From positions 13,392,001-13,456,000 of the forward strand of contig JAQFVV010000004.1 of the NCBI GenBank assembly GCA_028023455.1: a DNA stretch of 64,000 bases, read 5' to 3'. This document shows, piece after piece, positions 1 to 12,900 of the stretch. This DNA is from Epiperipatus broadwayi. Lineage: Eukaryota > Animalia > Onychophora. A program made the translations under genes and the position numbers. The notes beneath the pieces were generated by a model, which was not told where the DNA came from, did not search any database, and saw only the letters and a program-made list of their open reading frames with translations. Positions within the stretch are counted from its first letter, which is position 1; every line of letters starts with the position of its first letter.

Positions 1-2478
1 TAGCTAACAGGTAACAAAGAAACTAGACAGCTAATTCAAGTAAAGAGCAAAGAGTCAGTAGAAAGAATTTGTTGTATAAATATATCCAGAAGAGCTTAGT
101 AAGATAATAATAACAAACACAGATCAAGGTTAAATAAAATTATATCTATGCGTACAAGGTCCCAAACTAAAATGGACCTTCAAGAAAAAGAAGTAAGAGA
201 AGAGAATGAAGATACAGAGATGGAAATAAAAGGTGAAACAAACTATAGTGATATAATGGATATGCTAAGGCAAAGAGGGTTGAGCAACAGCAATTCATGA
301 AGGAATACATGGACAGAGAAGATAGAAGGATGGAAGAATGGTGGATAAAGATAAAAATGGACAACCAGAAAATAATTGCTGAAGCCATAGAAGAGATTAG
401 AAATGACTTCATCCAGCAATCAGAGACAAATGACACAGGAAATAGACATGACAGGGAAATTAAGTGGGATGAACAAAGGGGTATGGAGCCATATGTATAT
501 GACAAAATTAGATAGGGCTGAGAGTATAGATAGAGAGCCAGCAGAGTTTGATCTGAGGGTAGATATAGGATATCCAGAAAGGGGAATAAGAAAGTTAGAA
601 AAAGAAGAGGAAGTGGAAGTGATAAGAGTAGAAGATAGTAGGATACTGACAAGCATGCAGGAGGGTATAAGTCAGATAGCGAAGGCAGTAGAAAGGTTAA
701 ACCCAAAATTTGAAGAGGATAAGTAGGTCAGCCAATAACAGTGTCAATACCAATGTAAAGGGCATAGGACCAAGAACCACTGGTGAATGTACAGATATGG
801 ACTATGGGAGTCGCATGGATTATCCTGCTGGCTTCCACCAATGTCTAAAAATACAAATTTTCACTGGAGATCCTGGAGAAAGCCCTATGGAGTACTTGAC
901 AAGCCTGGAATGGTATTTCAAGTTTAGTAGGATGAATGAGGAGGCCATGATAGCGGTCGCCTGCAGTCACTTGCAGGGCAAATATCAAGTCTGGTGGAAC
1001 TCACTGTTCCAGAAACCCACCACATTTCCAGGGTATCACAAGACTTTGAGGACCAGTTATTGGAGTTATTGGAGTGAGGAACTCCAAGAAGATAGGCTTC
1101 CTTGGATAACACAGGAGAAATGAAGACTGGGAGAATTGTTTACAACATTCTTTCGCCGTCAAGTAGCCAAGTTATGGATGATGACCGCAAACCCATTATC
1201 TGAGATGCAAATACTCCAGATAACTAGGCATGGGTTCCCAAGAGATATAGAACACACACTAATTAGTACGGAGAAAAGACAGTGGACTGTGTGGCTGAGT
1301 TACTGAATGCCCTGGATACCATCAGGACCATCCAGAGGGAGGATGGATGTAAACTTAGACCACCTCCAAAAGAACCACTTACAATAAAAAACAGATGGGA
1401 TCCTAGGGAAGGATGATGGAAAGAAAACCAGAGATATTCTACAGAGTGGAACCCAAGGAGGCAGGAAAATGGATGACAAAGATTGGAGATGGAATGCAAG
1501 CATCCATATGACAGGACTGAAGACCAAGAACATAGGGATCAAAATCTGCATCCCAAAGGTGGCAGATGTGAGATCAATAGAGAAAGGCAACCTCCAGATA
1601 AAATATAAACACCATTGTAAAGAAAGGATGGATTCACTGATACCAGATTGGAAATGGAATTGGATCACGAGTAATGGAAAATGGATTTATGAAATTGGGA
1701 AATATTGATCATGAAAATATAAAGAAGAATGAGCCAATAAATGGCCAAACAGTATAAAGGACTTTACCCAAACTAAGACAAATCATCAGATAGATAGTAG
1801 TGTGAGATCATAGATAGAGGCTGAAGGTGTGTAGGTATAGATATTTGTAGATGGATCTTAGCAGTATATGGTGAGCCTTTTCTGTTATGCATTCATGGGT
1901 GTTCTGTGGTCACCAGATCTTAGTAGATAGAGAAGATAGGGACAGAGATCCCCTTCTCATAATGACTCACTGGATTAAGATTTCCAGTTAGATATTTGAC
2001 AAATATCGTGAGTCAATGAATTAGAAACCTTAAGAACCCCTTTAAAAATATGAGCTATCAGTAAAATATTCTGAGCTCATGGATGAGCTGGATGAAAAGA
2101 TGCCAGCATCCCAACCCACCTCGGGATAGTGACCAGTGTTGTTACATAGAGGATGATCATTGTAAAATGTGAGGTATGAACAGGTTTAATCGAGTCACAG
2201 AGATATCCTGTGGATTCAAACCTGTATATACAAGTAGGAGGCAGAAATAAAACCCATGTATTGTTTATAGCAAGATTAAATCGGTTTAGTAATACTGGTT
2301 GGGTCATCAGAGTAGAGAGGTAATTTGCCTGGTCACCTCTCTAGGAATAATCTCATCACTAAGTATGAGGAGTACATAGATATGAGATGGTTCTAACAGT
2401 AGTTAGGAGCAGCTAGCTTTCAATGCATTAGATTAAAATTTTTTAAGAAAAAATTTTAAAGGAGGGGGAACGGTATAA
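1..2478 (+). mobile_element. Degenerate Ty3/gypsy LTR retrotransposon internal region (gag + integrase relic, polypurine tract)
   Basis: Coiled-coil gag N-terminus from ATG 148 (MRTRSQTKMD...), retrotransposon-gag-like MEYLTSLEWYFKFSRMNEEAMIAVACSHLQGKYQVWWNS in ORF 710-1123, integrase-like fragments ~1500-2050 (RWILAVYGEP), purine tract aaggagggggaa 2459-2470 before TG at 2479. Many stops and frameshifts; 5' end lies outside the window. Confidence 0.65.
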
Positions 2479-3163
2479 TGTGATGATCACACATACTGCG
2501 ATCACACATATAGATACTTAAAAATCTAAAGAATATTAAATATTGTGTTTGGAATACTAAAAAGTGAGTTTAAAAAAATTATAAACAAAGAAATGTTTTA
2601 ATTAAGAAAAGAGAGGGAATTAGAATTGAAAAGATTCTTATCTTTTATCCTCCAAAGTCAAGATTTCGTGAAATGAAAAATAAGTAAAGTTAGAGATATT
2701 GAAATTGTACCTTAGAAAATTAATAGTGATAAAGAAATATAAATGAAAGACAAACTAAAATATGATGTATAAGAAAAAGTAAAGTTTTAAGAGTTTAAAT
2801 AAGATTAAAATAGAAAGTTTAAAAAAAGACCAAAAGATAAGGATCTGGGTCATAAAAGTACACATTTGACGATAAAACGAAATGCATGTATGGAGTATAT
2901 ATGAAGTATGATAAAGACAGAAAAATTAATGCTTGTCAAAATAAAAATAAAAAAACATTTTATTAAAAATCTGTGTAATTAAAAGAAAAAAAAATGTACA
3001 TAGTGCTATGAAATTATGTAAAGTAAATCTATAGAAATGGCTGAAGGCGTAGTAAGGAAAGAAAAGGTGTGAATAAAAGTTAAAAACAAAGGATCGAAAG
3101 AATAAAGGACTGTGGAATTTTTTAATTAAAAATTAGTAGAGTTAGAGACTTCTTGTCGAGACA
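2479..3163 (+). repeat. Putative LTR (TGT...ACA) of the preceding gypsy element
   Basis: Starts TGT 8 nt after a PPT, has AATAAA near 3101, ends gagACA and is followed by a PBS-like tggtggaaatactg (3165-3178). No second copy in the window to confirm. Confidence 0.45.
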
Positions 3164-4449
3164 TTGGTGGAAATACTGCTCTGATAATAAGCAGCCATAA
3201 TTAACAAGATATGATTTCTAACATCAGTGACTCATCAAGAATGGCTGGCTAAGGGCCATCATGATCGCTTGTCGATTCAAACTCCCCATGCTCTAAAGGT
3301 TCCCATCTACATGTAACAACTACTGACATAGTGCCTGCCAGAGGGTTCGTTTTGCCTTGTCCTTGATGCCCTAAATACTGAGGAGTTCCCACAACCAAAA
3401 TCTAACCTAAGAGCGACCGTTCCCTGCTAAAGAAGTGGAGAAATTCCACATGGCGGTCAGAAAAACTTCAAGTTATTTCAGAGACTCAATAAACCTAGGT
3501 AAATATGTATAGTACATTTTATATTTCCATGTGCACATACCTTGAATTTAGACAATGGCCAAATTCTTACTTTGAATGATACATACATTCTTTAACTTTT
3601 TTTTACATATACACAGAGTGAGGATTATAAATATACAATCGTTTATAGGATCTTTTTTTATATATATCTTTTAATCATAGCATTATAGTATAATCGGGGT
3701 TTTTTTGTGTGTAAATGATTTAAAAGTATTTCTTTCATTGTTTAATTTTTTGTATTAAATATCTTTTATTGATTTAAATCTGTTTCATCTCATTCTTCAC
3801 CACTCCAACAGTAATATATTCGTAGGGGTTGGGAAATAATTATTACTCATTTTGAGTACTGAATTAACACAGGTAGCTGGTGGTGCAGTATTTTGATCCC
3901 ATTAAAATTTATAAATATCCAAGCACTGTAACTCTTTAAATCATACAGCAGTCGGGAGACAATGACTGGGAAAGATAACCTGGGGCTATACCAGTATAGT
4001 TATAGGTTCGGTCAAGTATGGATATAGACTCGTTTATGTCCGTATGTTCTCTCTGCTCGCGGTAGCAGAAGGTGGACAATCTTGAGTTTTAAGAATTCCC
4101 CATTATACATAAATAAAAGGGAAGTTAAGCTTTCGATCGGCGTGTTTCCATAGCAATATATAACTAAAATTTAAAAAAAACTAACTTACAAACTTCTCTC
4201 GAATTTTAAAATTTTAAGAATAATGAAAATCGATTTTAGTATATATATGTTTGTTTATTTATTTTAAAGATATTTTGTAACTCAAACTATGCTAATATGT
4301 GTTACTATAAATATATATAATATTTATTTATTTATTTATTTTTGCTTTTGGCATTCAAGTATAATAAATGATAAAATTCATTTGTCAACTTAAATTAGAA
4401 AGCAATAAATTAAATTTCAATATATGTAGGAATTGTATAAGTGTACAGA

Positions 4450-5400
4450 TTTATAAAACTGTATTTATAAGTAATATCATTGCTTAATAATTATCTTAGT
4501 TCTTCAATTAGGATTCTAACAACCTGATTACATTTATTCATATCCATTAAATCTTATAATATGAAAACATTTAATATTTCATACTTGTGTGCATTATATA
4601 TATCCGTGCCCATATTTCATATGCTAGTCATTATCTTTATTTATATGTAAGTCAGTTGATTTTTAAACCTATCTGTTGGTGCAGACATTACTTATTATTT
4701 ATTGAGGTTAAAATTATAGTTATAACTTTAGTCCATTATTGTGAAGTTTTTATCTTGGTATTGTTCGTTGTAGAATAGCCTTGGTATATCAGGCCTTATT
4801 TATTACAATTAGTATTGTTACTGGATAGAGTGGATAAATTCCCCTTTCCTATTATTTATCCATGAGTGATAGTGCTTATATTTCCAGTGATGGTAATCAC
4901 ATATTTCTAGATATCTAGTGTTGTTGTTTTTGGTGAGCCTCTCCATATATATATTCCAGGTGCACTGAGACATAAAGATCCAGGCAACTTTTTTTGCCTC
5001 AAATGTAGGTGTTATTTTGGAAGCCACCATGCTTGTGATATATTTATGCTAGTTGCATTATAGAGTACTCTTTTCGATTTATCACTCATGAGATTTAATT
5101 TAAATTTTCCATCATAGTAGGTGAAGATGCTTGTATTTTAGTATGCAATGTCAAGATAAGTTTGTTTAAAGGATGTGATTCCTTTAGGATGCACTCAACT
5201 ATGTTAGTGCTTTAAAGTATAAGAATGTGTGTGTTTTGTGTTATCATGATTTGTAATCATTTTACAAACCAATCAACAATATTTAGTAATTATAAATGTT
5301 TGAATTCATAAGCATATGGCCTATCAGTATAATCCACACATATTATGTATATGCTGTAGTCATCTAAAACTTTTCCAATGTAGATATAAATCACTTATTT
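4450..5400 (-). pseudogene. Possible decayed CR1/L2-type LINE ORF2 linker (endonuclease-RT spacer)
   Basis: Frameshifted minus-strand translations (KKVAWIF...RLFYNEQYQDKNF...WTKVITIIL) resemble the K-PWIT...RKAK..YY...W linker of LINE ORF2. Confidence 0.3.
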
Positions 5401-5989
5401 TTAAATGTTTATTTAGATGATTTACATTATATGGACAATGAATTTATAACTTATATGTGTATAAGTGACTAGTGATAAATGTCTTATTCATTGAATTCAT
5501 TTAATATTTACTTAAATAGTCATTTAATCATTTGGTATTTGTAATTGGTATTTATTTAAAGTAGTATTTAAAAGAAATGTATTAAAGAAATACATATATA
5601 ACTTAGATTATTAATGCAACCAGATATCTTCAATTTGATTATTTACTTGTATATTTATCCAATTTCATAATAGCTTATACAGTTCCTATGTAAATATAAA
5701 TTGCAAATTATCAGTGTTATTGTTAAATTCTATACTTAGTTTACACATAAAAAAATTAAGTATTTGCAAAGTAAAACTATTCCTATGTTTCCCCAAATAT
5801 GTATATATGTATATGTATGCTATTATAAATTTAAAGTTACAATGTTAAAATAAAGCTATATCAGTTATTTTATATAAAAGAATGATTTTGAGTTTTATTT
5901 GAGATCTATTAATTTTCTTTTTCTCTATTTTAGTACATCAGTTCTACCAGCTAGCTGATATGAAAGTATTAAACAATTGGTAATGCCAA

Positions 5990-6480
5990 TTGAATAAATA
6001 TATTTTGGATTTAATAAAATTCCTTTTGTTCCGAAATATATTTGGTATATAATTAATCATAAGTTAAATTAACCCTGAGAACTAATTATCAATATATTTC
6101 AGTCAATGCTCAAGATTATTAAGTTTGTGATATAGTTAGCCATGGTAATATTATGGTTTGATATATTTATTTTGAAGTAATTTATTTTATCTTGATGTAT
6201 GTACAAAAATGCTATTAAATAGGTATTACATTTATTATCTTCATATTATTTCTTCTTGCATGGTACATGCATTTTATTATAGTGACAAGTTACTATGAAA
6301 CCTGATTAATTTATGGGTGCCTCATAGGTATATCTTATCTAAATCTTTTCTTATTTCTAATATAATCTATCAATTATAAATGCTGCTCAATAATTTAGGC
6401 CATATCATCTTTTACTATGGTATATATGACATGCTACATTGATTACCAATGTTTAAATTCATTTATATTGATTTAATATA
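5990..6480 (+). pseudogene. Decayed LINE reverse transcriptase fragment
   Basis: DPENYRPIS-like (cctgagaactaattatcaatatatttcagtc) and GVPQGSIL-like (tatgggtgcctcataggtatatctta) relics in the expected order. Confidence 0.4.
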
Positions 6481-9166
6481 TTTTCCATTACAATTGTCAT
6501 CCAATCATATGATATGTCATTATTCACGTACTATTACAAATGATGCCTAAAACGTGAGGCTTGATTCATTATGATTCATTTTGGGGCCTTCTTTCTTCAA
6601 TTTAAATATTATGTTCCATTACAATATAGATCGTGCAAACATTAAAAAAAAAGATTTAACATAGAAATAATAAAAATTTATATATAAATACACAAATAGT
6701 AAAAGAATTGTAGTAACTAATAATAAATTATAAAGACAAATAAAAGTACTACTATTAATAAAAATAACAATCTTAATTTATTAATAGAGAAAAATTGTAT
6801 TTATTCCAAAGATCTAATAAACATTATGCATGATAGTTGATAACAAAGTTGATAACAGTTCTATAGCATATTATGTAAGCATAACCATCAATTTGTTATT
6901 ATATCATCAGTTGATAATTTTACATATGTTGTAAATAGTGAGTCATAACTAGAAAAAAAAGTAAAACAAGATTTAGTATTCATAGGAAATTGACATTTTT
7001 TTCTACTAAACCTCATTTTTTATAATCACAATAATATTTTTTTGTTTTTGTAAACAATAGATTGTTTCTTTCATCAGCTCATTATAATAGTATATTGGTA
7101 TTCATTTCAGCAGAATCTTTTCCACCATAGGTGAAGTCTGCATTTCAGGATCATAGTTTATATTTTTATTTTTGCTATAAGTAGATTACTTTCACCTGAT
7201 CAATCCAGAATATTAATAGCTAGATACTTAATTAATGACCAATACTAGATGATTATTTGCATTAGCTATAAACTGTCTAGTTGAAAACAAAATTCTAAGA
7301 GTCTGCTGGTAACTTCAAAGAATATTTTAAAGTTCATTTAATTTGAATTATAATCCAAGTTAAGTAAATAGATGCAGTAATCATTACATTAGAAAGTTCT
7401 TTAATCATAATTGTTCCACTATATGTGTGTGTATTCATGTGAAAAATATCTAAACTATATGTGCATTATGCTAAATTGATATCAAAATATCATATTAAAT
7501 ATATTAAAAAAATTAAGTTATAAAAGAAAATGTAAATGAAATAAAAATTGATGTACAAACAAATAAAACAAAGAAAATTATATTGTTATTGTTTTGTTTT
7601 ACATTTTGTTAAGAAGTAATAATAAATGAAATGTAATATTAATTAGCTTTACGTAAGAAAAAACTAACGCATTTTCAGTATTATCTTTAATTTATTGCAT
7701 TACGTTAAGGTAGTTATCATAATTTTGTAACTATAAATGTATTAATATATTAATTAAATCTAAAAGATAAACTGTATAATTAATTACCAGAATAATTTTT
7801 AAAGACAAATTTTCAAACCAAATTTAAATAATTAACTAATGAGATCGTAATTTTATTAATTAATACATGTCGCATAAAATCAATTTTAAATTATAAAATA
7901 TGAAGTTTAATTTAATAATAAATGCAAAGAGATCATCAGTAAATAATAAATAAGTTTGGAAGGGACATCGATATTAAACAAATTGTATCAAATTTTAATT
8001 CAATTATTTAAAAGTCCAATTTAACAAAGCTTGACCCATTTTATTTTTGACTGCATACTGTGTTTTTTATTTTTTTTTTATAAAGTAACGTGTTCATTTT
8101 TTTTAACGAAATATTAAATTTTCTCTATATGTGCGTGTGTATATATTACGTGAATGTTAATTGAGATTTTAGCTTAGTTCAACAGTAAGCTAATTATTTG
8201 GAAATCAAGTAATAAATGAAGATCCCCCCTCCCTCCAAGCATCTGATTCTTATACAAAGGTTAATAAGATTGCTAGATGTTGGATAGTCGTTATTGTTAG
8301 AGAAGATTACTTAGACTATACAGTACTATTCAAGGAACAAAAAAAATTCGCAGTAATTACTCTGTACATGTTTTCATAACCAGTATGGTAAATTTTTTTT
8401 CCAGCTTTATCTGCTTTTTTAAAGCACCCATTACTTACCGGGTTATTCAACTAGAGTAGAATTCACAAATATTTCTAAAGAAAAAATGCATAATTAGACT
8501 ATCACACCTAACTTATATAAAAAAAACTCTCATCTTCCAGACCTGTATTAACACAATTCTGCATTAATCCATATTTAAATTCATCAAATTAAACAAATTT
8601 TAGAGGATTTTTTGCCAACTCCAACATCATCACTATTTAATTTTAATAATAATGAGGTTAAATTAAAAGTTCAGTCTATTATCATAAGGCTTGACATAAA
8701 AGTATATAGACATATTTTGGGACTTTAGATCTCAATATTATCAAATACTAGCAAACTCAACCTTTTAATGGGGAATCTACACATGCATACAAAATTTGAT
8801 TTATGCTTTTTAATCAAATATAACATTGTCTACAAGCAATGAAAAGCAACTGCTAATATCCCATTAATTTTTATTATAACTTTGTTATAACCAGCTAAGA
8901 CTAAATAGACTAAACCGAGAGTAATAAATCACATAAAATTATCCTTCAACAAATGTCTATCATTATTAAAATGCACAAACAAACAATTGAAATTCTGATG
9001 AAATATAAAAGCCAGCTTACTGAAGCTACTGTCCTTTGAGCAGTTTTTTCAGTAAATTGTTTATTGATTTTTATATAGAATTATATAAAAATGAAAAGAT
9101 TAAAATGATCTGTTAATACACAAAATTGATAAAAAGTATAAATTATTGATCAAATAAATCACTTGA

Positions 9167-9268
9167 TTGTCAAGCATCGGTGGCCTGGTGATTAGCATAG
9201 CTGCCTTCCAAGCAGCTGGCCCAGGTTCGCTTCCTGGTGAGTGCTTTGACATATAAAAATAAATAAAT
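9167..9268 (+). mobile_element. tRNA-Gly(TCC)-derived retroposon (SINE-like or retroposed pre-tRNA)
   Basis: 9174-9244 matches eukaryotic tRNA-Gly-TCC (anticodon arm GCTGC CTTCCAA GCAGC, T-arm CCAGG TTCGCTT CCTGG) but the acceptor stem is broken; (TAAA)n tail; 15-bp TSD aaataaatcacttga at 9152-9166 and 9269-9283. Confidence 0.75.
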
Positions 9269-9699
9269 AAATAAATCACTTGAATAAACTCAAATAAATT
9301 TTAGGAAAAGAAGATAAATTCATTATTAAAATACTATTGCAAATTTGTAAAATTTATATGAAATCATTTGAAGGCTAACGATTTATAATTCAATAAGGTT
9401 CATAAAATAATACAGACATGTAGAAATGAAAAAAACAAAACAGTTGTCATAGACAGATAAAGTACAAAATTATATATAAATAAAAAATAATCTGAAAGTT
9501 ATAATGTTAAAAGCTTCTGAAATACTATAAACAAATATAAAATATATTTACAAGAGTAGAGAATAATAAGTATAACATGTTGATTACTAAAACCCCAGTC
9601 TAAAAACAAAAGTAAGTCAAATATACTAAATGAGCAGAAAACAAAATTAACAAATATTGGTAGATTAAATATTAATGGAGAGCATACTGTTGATAAAAT

Positions 9700-9955
9700 C
9701 AACAAATGATAATATTAGTAATATTATATGTAAAGTTGTAGTCTGATATGGATCCAGTTACATTGGTGAATCAAGATGCTCATTGAAAAAAAATAATCAT
9801 GAATATTATCATTTGTATAATAAATTGCAATGTTCTGTGGATAGATTTAAAATTATATTCACTGAACATTCAGTTATTATAATGGAAGTTTTTGCTTTGA
9901 AAATGTTTTTATTTTACACGTGGAAAATGATCTGAAGAAAAGAAACAGAGATATC
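9700..9955 (+). pseudogene. Decayed PLE GIY-YIG 3' end with a relic HHR core
   Basis: NISNIICKVVV*YGSSYIGESRCSL resembles the PLE motif VVYKIPC..C..SYIGET.RSL; downstream CTGAAGA(9932-9938)aaaGAAAC has core motifs but no stem II. Confidence 0.4.
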
Positions 9956-12900
9956 TTTATAAATATATTAGAAAATTTATTAAATAAATAAAATACTTAT
10001 GTTAATATACATAATTTATAGGAAGTTGTACATTAACATGGGAATATTAATGTTGCATGATTTTAATGAGATTTTTTTTAATATTAATTGCAAAATGATA
10101 CTCAGGGTGGCAGTCAAACCATAAACTGGCTAGAGATATTATTTATTATTATATATAATTACATTTCCGTACACTGGCAATCTAAATATTATTGTGAAAA
10201 ATACTCATACAGAGCTTAAATATAAACCTTTTTAATATTTATTGTATGGAGTATCATAAGCCATATCAGTACATTTAACATATCTAAGAAAGCTTCTTAA
10301 TACTAGTGCCTTACTTATAATTAATTTCTGATTTTATAAGAGAGTAAACTAATTAGGGATAAATCTATTCAATTTCTCTATATAAATCATGATTTGATTT
10401 CTTTTAATCAAAAATATTAAGAGATTAGACACTTTTAAGTACATAGAAAAAAAATGAAAAGAATAAAATGGATAGAGAAATAATAAAATAATGATTATGT
10501 GACTGATACAAAAAAAGACCATTTATCTCTGAAATTAGAATGAGAAGTCTAAAGTAAATGAATCATATATTGAAACACTTTAACTTAACTAAATATAGTA
10601 GAAATGAAGTTACTTGGAAAAGAAACAAGAGAGAAATTTTATCTTTGATAGATCAACTACACAGAAACATTGATACTTAAAACTATAATAAATTAAAGCA
10701 AGAAGATTATGAAACATTATCTTTAAAAATTTGAATTAGCTTTTGAATTGAGAAATTAAGTTGATGATGTTGATGATAATATGTTTATATTAGAAATGTT
10801 TTATATTTATCTAAATATAAAAGCAACATTTATTAGGTTATGTAATGACTAGTATCTAAAAAAAATAAGTGTCTTTTATATTTAATAAAAAAGAGGGAGG
10901 CTCATTGCTTTCCATTATAAGCTTTATTTATAAATTTAGTAAATATTTATTGCAATAAATAAATTGTAATATATTGTACCATCTACAAATAGATGGTCCA
11001 AATATATTAAAATTTGAAAATATTTAGAAGCTAAAAAAAAAAAAGGTAGAATTTAAAAAATCATGCAATTTGCTTAGTATAATTTTTTTTTTTTTTAAAT
11101 GTATAATGAGAGTTGATTTTTTTTGTTTGGAATTATTTATTTGTAATTTAATAAAATTTGAAATTGGAAAGAATAAAAAAGGCATGCAGATTACTAATCC
11201 AGATAAACAAAAAGAATTCTAAAAGTACAAAGATTACAATCAAGAAAACCTTTAGGATATTGATTAAAGATGGCAGAATTATGTTGAAAAAAAAAAGACT
11301 TTGTAACTTAAATTTAAGAAAGAATGTATTCTGATAAAAGAACAAAAAAAATGGATGTGCAGAGAAGTCTAAAAATTGATCTCGAATATAAAAGGTCAGA
11401 AAACTTCAAACTTGTTGTTTGTCTTTTCCTTAACTAACAGTTTTCATTAGGTCCAGGAGAGAGAAAATGTCCTATCCTGAACTACTCATATGCAGGACTA
11501 CCACTGCTCATATTCTGAGGTGATTCATCATGCAGAGTGGAACTGATGCATTTACAGATACCTTTCATCATATAGGTCACTCATAAAAACCATAGAGTCT
11601 AGCATTAGGACAGGGCTATAACATAAAAACTGTCAACAGAGCAAAACTAGTTAACTTCAATGGGTTCTTCAAAACACGTACTATAAAACTTACCAGTAAG
11701 ATTATTCATACCCTTACTGTGATGAAATTAAGTGTTTGCAAATAATCCTTATTATAAGCTTATAATATACTACTTATAGAGACATTAGCAGATTTATTAT
11801 TCAAAGAACTTCCTGGAGGAAACTTAAGTAACGAACATTGATTGTTAAACTGTTTTAGTTAGTTGATTAATGCCTGGATTAGCATGCATGTAGTCTTTCC
11901 AATTTATTAGTAATTTATCTTTTAAATATTTTAATTGGTTTGAATAAAATATTTTACTTTTATCAAACTTTCATCCTGCACTATTATTGTTAGTTTATTT
12001 ATAATCTATTATATGTAAATTTTCTCTGCCAATGGATTTGTTGGCTGTTAAGCCCCAGGAGTAATATTCTCTAAAAATAAAATTATGGGAAATCATAATC
12101 CCGATCTTTTAAATTATTTTCTTCTTAATTTATGGTGTGATGCAATGCGATGGGTTCAGCAAATTTTTGTAGAATTCTGACATCCTTATTAAAATAAATA
12201 AAAGGCTGATTCTGGTCATAATAATTAGTAGACCAGTTAATCAGGAAATAAAGCCGTGTTTTTAAAAATAGGAACAAGATATTTTTTTTCACCATAGCTT
12301 GATTAAATTGCACTTCATAGTGTGTAAAGAAAAGCCTACGAGAACGTAACAAAAAATGAAAAATGTTACAATATGTAAACATTGAAATTATAATGGTTGA
12401 TTTTTACATATTATCTAGATATGTATTAATTATGATATCATATGAATAAAACTGATATATTGTTATTTAGCAATAATATTCTTACATGATCCAGTCTTAA
12501 ACCAAAGTGGACATTAAAAGTGAATTCCATTTTTAGTTTAATATTTTAGATTATATAAGAGTTGATAATCACACAAAGACTTTATATATGTGAAATGAGG
12601 AAGAATCACAACCTCCTATATTTTTTCATAAGTAAACAAATCTCTTTCACAAAGAGTTATATAAAATAAATACCAGATTTTCACAGAGTTTAAAATGTAA
12701 ATATTAAAACTATAATCAGAATTTCTGTATCAGCTTTGATGAAGTCAAGCAATTTAAAACGGGCATTTCAAACTGAATTCATGTTAACTTATAATAGAGA
12801 CTCTCTTGATTTAAAAATGTGTCAGCCAAAAATACTATTACAAGCTAACACAACTTTAGCTTATAATGCTAGTTTTTAATTGGATATGTGTTTGTTATAT

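Noticed and set aside
167-706. Leu/Ser-rich minus-strand ORFs at the window start
   Set aside because: Antisense shadows of the purine-rich gag relic.
3215-3500. Protein-like frame with only TAA/TAG stops suggesting a TAR=Gln genetic code
   Set aside because: The 2.5-kb gypsy frame has no in-frame TAA/TAG and ordinary C-to-T decay explains these stops. A Walker-A-like GHQGQGKT on the opposite strand is likely chance.
12125-12382. 85-aa minus-strand ORF as a host gene
   Set aside because: No recognisable domain or gene structure.
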